Source: an uncultured delta proteobacterium | GTDB taxonomy: Bacteria; Myxococcota_A; Polyangia; Haliangiales; Haliangiaceae | Reading direction: 5' to 3' | Length of the DNA stretch: 64,000 bases | Assembly (NCBI GenBank): GCA_963848295.1 | Contig: CAWKDB010000011.1 | Span: forward strand, 416,001 to 480,000 | Shown here: positions 57,772 through 64,000 of the stretch, piece by piece | How the letters are laid out: every line of letters begins with the position of its first letter | How positions within the stretch are numbered: the first letter of the stretch is position 1 | The notes under the pieces: generated by a model | What the model was told of the DNA's origin: nothing | What the model saw: the letters and a program-made list of their open reading frames with translations, nothing else | Databases searched by the model: none | Position numbers and translations under genes: made by a program

Positions 57772-58125
57772 GAAATTGATCAATTGATCAATTGATCAAT
57801 TGATCAATTGATCAACAGGCAACAGGCAACAGGCAATTGAAGGTGCGGGCTGCGCGGCGGTTGTCGTACGGAGCCTGGCGATCAGAAGACAGGGACCGGG
57901 AGCCGAGCATCCGACCTCCCTGGGTCGACTGCCGATCGTCACCGGGTCTTCTCCGGACGACCGCCGCGAAGCGCCGCTCCGCCGATGCCCCCGGCGGGCA
58001 GCGGCGCCCTGTTCCCTGTTTTCTGATCGTCAGGTTCTGCGCGTTCCGTACAACAACCCGCCGCGCTAGCGGCGCTCCGCCATTGCCCGTTGCCTGTTGC
58101 CTGTTGATCCATTGATCAATTTCCG
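57772..58125. repeat. Inverted-repeat-bounded element B: (AATTGATC)5(AACAGGC)3 ... reverse-complement end, with self-complementary interior
   Basis: Read directly; same termini as 29489-29668. Confidence 0.9.
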
Positions 58126-58166
58126 AACTCCCTCGACGTAACCTCTTTCCCCAAGTAGCCTTAGCT

Positions 58167-58655
58167 GTGCTCGATTGGCTCGGTTCCGTTCGTATCCGCG
58201 CGCAACGCGAAGGTCGCGTCGAGCTCGCGCTGACGCGCGCGACCGGGTGGACCGGTTGGGCCATCGCCGCGGCCGGCGTGCGGGTCGTGCTGGTCGGTGG
58301 CCTGATGGCTCACGCGCTCGGGATCGTCATGCTGTTCCTCGGCGTGCTGCTCGGGACGCTGCGCCGCCGGCTCGTGTTCGATCGCGACGCTGGGCTGATG
58401 CGCAGCGAGCAGCGCATCCTAGGCATTCGCCGGCGCGCTGCCGTGCCGTTGTTCCACCTGCGTGCGGTCGTCGTCGAGGCGCGCGCCGGAGGCATGTACG
58501 TCGCTTACGTCGAGCGCCGGATCGGCGGCTCGATCCATCTCGACGAGGCGCGCAAGCCGGCGCCGCTGCTCGCGCTGGCCGAAGCGATCGCCGAAGTGGC
58601 GGAGCTCCGCCTCGTTTACGACGCTACGACGCGCGTCGCCGATCAGCACGGCTGA
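58167..58655 (+). CDS. Hypothetical membrane protein
   Basis: Two TM segments followed by a bPH-like beta domain. Confidence 0.7.
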   Translation: MLDWLGSVRIRAQREGRVELALTRATGWTGWAIAAAGVRVVLVGGLMAHALGIVMLFLGVLLGTLRRRLVFDRDAGLMRSEQRILGIRRRAAVPLFHLRAVVVEARAGGMYVAYVERRIGGSIHLDEARKPAPLLALAEAIAEVAELRLVYDATTRVADQHG

Positions 58656-58710
58656 TTGCGGGCGATCTAGCTCGCTGCACGGCTCCGAGATTTGCTACCG
58701 TTCGCGGCGG

Positions 58711-59328
58711 ATGCGCCGGATCTGGGTCTTGTTGCTCTGCGCCGCGTGCAAGAACGACGGCTCGGCGGCTCCCACCGAAAAGCCGACGCCGCCGCGCAAG
58801 ATGGCCGGCGTCGAGCCTAACAACTTCAAGTGCGACAGCATCGCTAAGCCCGACGTGCTCGGGCAGCTGCTCGGTGGCGTCGCTCACCCGATGGACTCGG
58901 GCTCGGCGATCCCGGCCGGCGTGCCGCATCCGTGCGCGTACCTCATCGACACCCAGCCGCAAGAAGTGTGGACGTTCGACTTCGACTGCCGCGATGGCTA
59001 CAAACAACGCGCCGATGCGTTGTTCGAGCAGTATCGCAACGACAGCTCGGCGATGGTCGGCGAGTACAATCGGCTCGCCGATGCCGGGGGGATCAAACCG
59101 AACGACGCCGGCGTCGTCAGTCGCCCGCCCGACGTCGCCGCCGAGGTCGCGGTCGGCGCGAAAGGCCTCGACCATCACGGCCAGGGGCTGATCTTCATCG
59201 ACGACGACGCGCCGTGCTACGTGCGCGTGATCGGGCCCGACGCCGCCAAGCGACTCGCTCTCGCCCAGCTGATCGCGAAGAACCTGACGTTCGAGAACGC
59301 GCCGATGTCTCCGCGTCCGATCAAGTGA
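58711..59328 (+). CDS. Hypothetical lipoprotein
   Basis: MRRIWVLLLCAAC lipobox. Confidence 0.75.
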   Translation: MRRIWVLLLCAACKNDGSAAPTEKPTPPRKMAGVEPNNFKCDSIAKPDVLGQLLGGVAHPMDSGSAIPAGVPHPCAYLIDTQPQEVWTFDFDCRDGYKQRADALFEQYRNDSSAMVGEYNRLADAGGIKPNDAGVVSRPPDVAAEVAVGAKGLDHHGQGLIFIDDDAPCYVRVIGPDAAKRLALAQLIAKNLTFENAPMSPRPIK

Positions 59329-59381
59329 GCTGACATGAGGCCGGCGTGGCTCGTCGCGTTGCTCGCGCTGGCCGAGGCGCG

Positions 59382-60692
59382 ATGAGCGAGACCCGGGCGC
59401 TGATCAGGCTCGCGATCCCACTCGCAGCGCAGCAAGTCGGGTTCCAGCTCATGGGCGCGGTCGACACCGCCTTGCTGGGCCGCTACAGCGACGCAGCGCT
59501 CGCCGGATCCGGCATCGGCAACACCCTGCTGTTCGCGGTGATCTCGGTCGGGATGGGCATCGTGATGGGCCTCGACACCGTGATCCCGCAAGCGGTCGGC
59601 GGCGGTCGGCGCGCGGATGCCCGACGCGCCCTCGGCGCGGGCCTGCGCCTCGCGTTGCTCATGGGGCTCGTCTCGACGTTGTTGGTCCTGCTGTCGCCGA
59701 TGCTGCTCACCGCGGCGAGCGTCCCGGCCGATGTCGTCACCGAGGCGCGGGTCTACACGTTCGCGCGCGCGATCGGCATCACCCCGTTCCTCGCGACGAT
59801 CGCGATCCGGCCCTACCTCGCGGCGTACGATCGAACCCGCGCGCTCGTCATCGCGACCGCCGTCGGCAACGTCGTCAATGCGCTCTTCGATCTCGTGCTG
59901 ATCTTCGGCGTGCCAGCGCTCGGCATCCCGCGTCTCGGCGTGCTCGGGGCAGCGATCGCGACCGTGGCGGTGCAAGTCGTGATGCTCGCGGTCTACCTGA
60001 TCGCGGTGCGCGACATCGACGGTCACGAGCCGCGCCCGGTCTCGACCACCGCCGATCTCAAACAGATCGTGCACTACGGCCTGCCCGTCGGCGGTCAGCT
60101 GTTCGCCGAGATCGGTGTGTTCACGCTCGCGACCGTGCTCGCCGCGCACATGGGCAAGCTCCCGGTCGCCGCTCACAGCATCGCGCTCAACCTCGCGAGC
60201 TTCACGTTTTCGTTCGCGCTCGGGTTGGGCGCGGCGACGTCGGTGCGCGTCGGCCAAGCCGTCGGCGCTGGCGACCTGGCGTTGGCTCGTCGCCGCGGCG
60301 AGCGTGGCTTGGGGCTCGGGCTCGGCGTGATGGCGTGCTGCGCGACCGCGTTCGTCGTGGCACCAGCTGCACTCGCGAGCATCTACACGAGCGATCGCGC
60401 GGTGATCGCCGCGACGATCCCGCTGCTCCAGATCGCGGCGCTATTCCAGCTGTCCGACGGGACGCAAGCGATCGCCTCGGGGGCGTTGCGCGGCCGGGGC
60501 CTGACGCGCACGACGTTCGCCGCGAATGTCGTTGGTCACTACGTCGTCGGGCTGCCGCTCGCACTCGCGCTGGGCTTCGGCGCCGCGATGGGCGCGCCCG
60601 GGCTGTGGTGGGGCCTGTCCGCGGGCCTGACCGCGACCGCGCTGTATCTCGTGATCGCGTTCTTCAGAAGTACGAGCCGAAACCCGCGATGA
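59382..60692 (+). CDS. MATE family efflux transporter (NorM-like)
   Basis: RLAIPL, VDTALLGR, VAAHSIALN, TSVRVGQAVGA, FQLSDGTQ, GALRG. Confidence 0.95.
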   Translation: MSETRALIRLAIPLAAQQVGFQLMGAVDTALLGRYSDAALAGSGIGNTLLFAVISVGMGIVMGLDTVIPQAVGGGRRADARRALGAGLRLALLMGLVSTLLVLLSPMLLTAASVPADVVTEARVYTFARAIGITPFLATIAIRPYLAAYDRTRALVIATAVGNVVNALFDLVLIFGVPALGIPRLGVLGAAIATVAVQVVMLAVYLIAVRDIDGHEPRPVSTTADLKQIVHYGLPVGGQLFAEIGVFTLATVLAAHMGKLPVAAHSIALNLASFTFSFALGLGAATSVRVGQAVGAGDLALARRRGERGLGLGLGVMACCATAFVVAPAALASIYTSDRAVIAATIPLLQIAALFQLSDGTQAIASGALRGRGLTRTTFAANVVGHYVVGLPLALALGFGAAMGAPGLWWGLSAGLTATALYLVIAFFRSTSRNPR

Positions 60693-62586
60693 AGTGCGGC
60701 ACGCCGGCGGGGCTGCCCGGCACCGCATCGAACGGGAACGCGAGGTCGAAGCGCCAGAGGTCGCGCGAGGTCTGCGGGATCAGAAACCGCAGCCCGAAGC
60801 CGGCGTCCTGGTGCAGCTGCATGTCGCCGAACGAATTCGCGGCGCCGCCGACCTCGTAGAACGCGACGCCGCCGATCCGGAACACCCAAAACGGCAACGG
60901 CATCGAGCGCACCTCGAGCAGCCCGGTGAGTCGGCGCTGGCCGATGAACTCGCTGATCGGATAGCCGCGCAACCCGCTGTCCGAGCCGATCGCATAGAAC
61001 GCGTTCTGCGTGTCGTGCCAACGCGTGTCGAGCTCGCCCTGCGCGACGACGCGAAGGTAGCGATAGATCGGCGTGCCGACCCGTAGCGCGACATCCGCGG
61101 TGTTGTCGATCGTCGTGCCGTCCTGGAACCGCATCGAGATGCCGGCCGACGGCCGGATGAAGCCCTCGCGGCACCACGGGAAAGTCCACCCCGCGCTCGC
61201 GCTCGGCTTGACGAAGTTGTAGGTCGACCCGAGCCACTGCAGACCCTTCGCGAGGGAGACGTCGAGGTCGGGTCCGTCCTTGAGATCCTCGACGAGATCG
61301 TACGTGCCGACGTCGTGCAGCATCCGATAGCGCGGCATGAACAGCGTGTATTCGATGTAGGGCGTCGACGTCACCTCCGAGCGCGGGAACACGTCGCGCT
61401 CGAAGTCGGCGAGCTGTTGCGGCGTGCCCGGAAAGTCTGCGAGCGCCGACGGGCGCTGGCTCGTCACGGTCTGACCGATCGCGACCTGGCTCTTGATCTT
61501 CGTACCCCACTGGCGGACGACGTTGACGTTCGCCGACCACACCTTGAGCCGGTACTCGTACGGCAACATGTCGTTACCCGGTGTGTTCGGATCGTCGTAC
61601 GTGCGCAGCCCGGCGGGCATCAACGGCGCCATGCCACCGAACGATCGCGCGACGCCGAAGTTGTGGCTGAACGATGCGCCGGCGCCCCACTCGCTCGCTA
61701 ACGACCACAGCGGCAGCGCGAGCGCGACCGCGCTGCTCGATCCCTCGGAGTGAAACTTGTGGGCGTCCTCCAAGCCGACCGGATCTCCGGGTGCGACGGC
61801 GTGGCGGGTCAAGATGTCGGAGACGCTCGCCGACAGCGTGAGGTGAGAGCCGAACAGGTTCTTGTCGATGAACTGCGGACCGACCGCGATCGAGCCCTCA
61901 TCCATCGAGATCGCCGCAGCGACCAAGTTGCGCTGGCCGAGGAAGTTGTTCTCCGACAGCGAGATCGCCAGGTTCGTCAACCTCGTCCTGCCGAACACGT
62001 CCTGCGCGGTGTACTGGGTGTTGAGTCGCAAGCTCCACACGTCGCGCGTGACGACGAGCAGGGTCACGCGACCGGGTGTCGGCGATTTCACCGGGATCAA
62101 CGCGATCACGCTGGAGTACAGCGGGTCGCGCAACCGGCGGCCGCTCTCTTCGACCCGCGCTTGGTCCCAGACTTCGCCGACGTTGATCGTCAGCTCGTCG
62201 CGGATCGCGAACTCGCGCGTCGTGTAGTGGAGGTGATTGGAGGTCCACTTTGCCGCTCCGCACAGCGAAGGCCACCACGCATCGCCACAGCCCTCCGGGA
62301 ACACGTTCTCGTTGAAGACCTCGATCCGATCGATCGTCTTACCCCACGGCTCGGGGTCGGGCTCGAGATGGCGAGCGCGCAACGCGCGATCGAGCGACTG
62401 CTTCTCGAGCCCGCCGTAGGTCTCGACCCAGTTGCAGCTCGGGTCGTGGGCGAGGCACGCGGCCTCGGCGGCGCCGCGGTCGGCGGCGGCGAGCGGCGGT
62501 GACGGCGGTGGCACGCGGGGCACGTCGGCGCGCGCGGACAGGCTCCGCATGACCAGCGCTACGCAGCCGAGCCAGTACCGAGGCAC
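60664..62586 (-). CDS. BamA/TamA (Omp85) family outer membrane protein
   Basis: POTRA-like TTREFAIRDEL, ENNFLG, GLRGYP, GFGLRF, terminal aromatic residue (SYF). Confidence 0.85.
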   Translation of the reverse strand: MPRYWLGCVALVMRSLSARADVPRVPPPSPPLAAADRGAAEAACLAHDPSCNWVETYGGLEKQSLDRALRARHLEPDPEPWGKTIDRIEVFNENVFPEGCGDAWWPSLCGAAKWTSNHLHYTTREFAIRDELTINVGEVWDQARVEESGRRLRDPLYSSVIALIPVKSPTPGRVTLLVVTRDVWSLRLNTQYTAQDVFGRTRLTNLAISLSENNFLGQRNLVAAAISMDEGSIAVGPQFIDKNLFGSHLTLSASVSDILTRHAVAPGDPVGLEDAHKFHSEGSSSAVALALPLWSLASEWGAGASFSHNFGVARSFGGMAPLMPAGLRTYDDPNTPGNDMLPYEYRLKVWSANVNVVRQWGTKIKSQVAIGQTVTSQRPSALADFPGTPQQLADFERDVFPRSEVTSTPYIEYTLFMPRYRMLHDVGTYDLVEDLKDGPDLDVSLAKGLQWLGSTYNFVKPSASAGWTFPWCREGFIRPSAGISMRFQDGTTIDNTADVALRVGTPIYRYLRVVAQGELDTRWHDTQNAFYAIGSDSGLRGYPISEFIGQRRLTGLLEVRSMPLPFWVFRIGGVAFYEVGGAANSFGDMQLHQDAGFGLRFLIPQTSRDLWRFDLAFPFDAVPGSPAGVPHFIAGFGSYF

Positions 62587-62606
62587 TGGTTACGACTCTA
62601 CGATCG

Positions 62607-63458
62607 TCACGGCACGAGCCCCCACGTCACGCGCGGTTGTTTTCCAAGATCGTGCACGAGTGTGACACGCGCGACGCCGGCGGCTTCGAGCCGCGTCCGC
62701 ACCGCATCGGCCTGATCGAAGCCGTGCTCGAGGGCGATCGCGCCGCCGGGCGCGAGGTGCGCGCGCGCCGCGTTCGCGATCCGGTCGTAGAACGCGAGTC
62801 CGTCCGCCCCGCCGTCGAGCGCGATCCTCGGCTCGCGACGAACCTCCGCGTCGAGCGTATCGATCACCGCCGAAGCGATGTAAGGCGGGTTCGCGACGAT
62901 CAGATCGAAGCGCTCGCCGGCGACCGGCGCGAATAGATCGCCGACGCGAACGTCGACCCGGTCCAGCACGCCGTTGCGCTCCGCGTTGCGGCGCGCGATC
63001 GCGGCGGCATCACGCGAGACCTCGGTCGCGATCACGCGTGCCGCGGGGAGCTCGCGAGCGAGGCTGATCGCGACCGCGCCCGAGCCGGTGCACAGGTCGA
63101 GCACGGTACATGGCGCCGCGCGATCGGCGCGGGTCGCACGCGCGACCTCGATCAACGTCTCGGTGTCAGGTCGCGGCACGAGCACCGAGCGGTCGATCCA
63201 GAACGGCAAGCCCCACAGCTCGTGCTCGCCGACGAGATACGCGACCGGATCGCCGGCGAGGCGCTTCTTGATCAGCTCGCGATATCCGGCGAGCTCGGCC
63301 TCGCCGAGCGGCTTATCGAACGACGTATAGAGCTGGACGCGCGAGCAGCCGAGCACGTGGGCGAGCAGGATCTGCGCTTCGAGCCGCGCCGACGAGATCC
63401 CGGCGGTGGCGAACTTCTGCGTGGTCCAGTCGAGAACGGCGAGCGTGGTCCAGACCAC
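62607..63458 (-). CDS. prmC: Release factor glutamine methyltransferase
   Basis: PVAYLVG, VLVPRPDTE, LDLCTGSG, ANPPY, LDGGADGL. Confidence 0.96.
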   Translation of the reverse strand: MVWTTLAVLDWTTQKFATAGISSARLEAQILLAHVLGCSRVQLYTSFDKPLGEAELAGYRELIKKRLAGDPVAYLVGEHELWGLPFWIDRSVLVPRPDTETLIEVARATRADRAAPCTVLDLCTGSGAVAISLARELPAARVIATEVSRDAAAIARRNAERNGVLDRVDVRVGDLFAPVAGERFDLIVANPPYIASAVIDTLDAEVRREPRIALDGGADGLAFYDRIANAARAHLAPGGAIALEHGFDQADAVRTRLEAAGVARVTLVHDLGKQPRVTWGLVP

Positions 63459-63486
63459 GCGATGCGTATAGCATCTTCCCGTCCGG

Positions 63487-64000
63487 TCAGCCGATCACCA
63501 CGACGTCGGCGTGGTTGATCCCGGTCGGGCCGGTGAGGATCAGCGCGCCGACCGCCGCCAGCGCCGTCCCCGCGTCGCGCCTCGCGAGCGCGACCGCGGG
63601 ATCGATCCCGGCCGCGGCGATCGCATCCCAGGTCCCGCCGTCGACGTACCCACCGGCCGGGGTCGGCCGAGACTGCGGCGGCGGACCGTCCGTGCCATCG
63701 CTGCCGGCGACGAACGCCGCGCGCGACGTGTCGCGCAGCTGACGCGCGAGCTCGAGCGCGAGCTGTTGGGCTCGACCGCCTTCGCCGTGACCGGCGTGCA
63801 CCTGCACGGTCGGCTCGCCCCATGCGACGCAAATGCCCGAGGTCGCCGCGAGCGCTCGCGCGACGTCTACCACATCGCCGACCGCGGGATCCGATCGAAG
63901 GCTGGCGCCCGGCAGTGCGGCGACGATCGCCTCCGCGAACGCGCGGATCGGAAGGATCACCTCGGCGTGATCACCGGCGCGATGCGCGACCGTCGGCGCC
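63487..64000 (-). CDS. MOFRL-family glycerate kinase-like protein, C-terminal part (truncated by window end)
   Basis: GEPTV, GGRAQQLAL, GSDGTDGP, LILTGPTGINHAD. Confidence 0.88.
   Translation of the reverse strand, partial: APTVAHRAGDHAEVILPIRAFAEAIVAALPGASLRSDPAVGDVVDVARALAATSGICVAWGEPTVQVHAGHGEGGRAQQLALELARQLRDTSRAAFVAGSDGTDGPPPQSRPTPAGGYVDGGTWDAIAAAGIDPAVALARRDAGTALAAVGALILTGPTGINHADVVVIG

Overview
High-GC window, very likely from a myxobacterium (Myxococcota; inferred from Cys-rich lipoproteins, sigma-54 systems and a pilin-like domain). It is mostly chromosomal housekeeping and envelope genes: a sigma-54 two-component system next to a TolC/MFP/RND efflux operon, lepB, an ECF sigma/FecR pair, a yitJ-like methionine enzyme, glyQ-glyS-ppdK, plsB with a gpsA-like gene, recQ, a MATE transporter, an Omp85 protein and prmC. 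No rRNA, tRNA, CRISPR array, transposase or reverse transcriptase was recognised. The standout is 25.16-27.28 kb: two divergent, about 70% identical four-helix-bundle (23S-IVP/Avd-like) genes. Each is preceded by a ~200-nt rod-like hairpin with compensatory base changes between the copies, followed by a conserved ~50-nt trailer, and embedded in hexamer microsatellite arrays. This looks like an undescribed RNA-plus-protein cassette or mobile unit. A second repeat family (29.5 and 57.8 kb) has shared simple-repeat inverted ends around unrelated cores. Several enzymes lack catalytic motifs. Six single-base insertions are probably sequencing errors.
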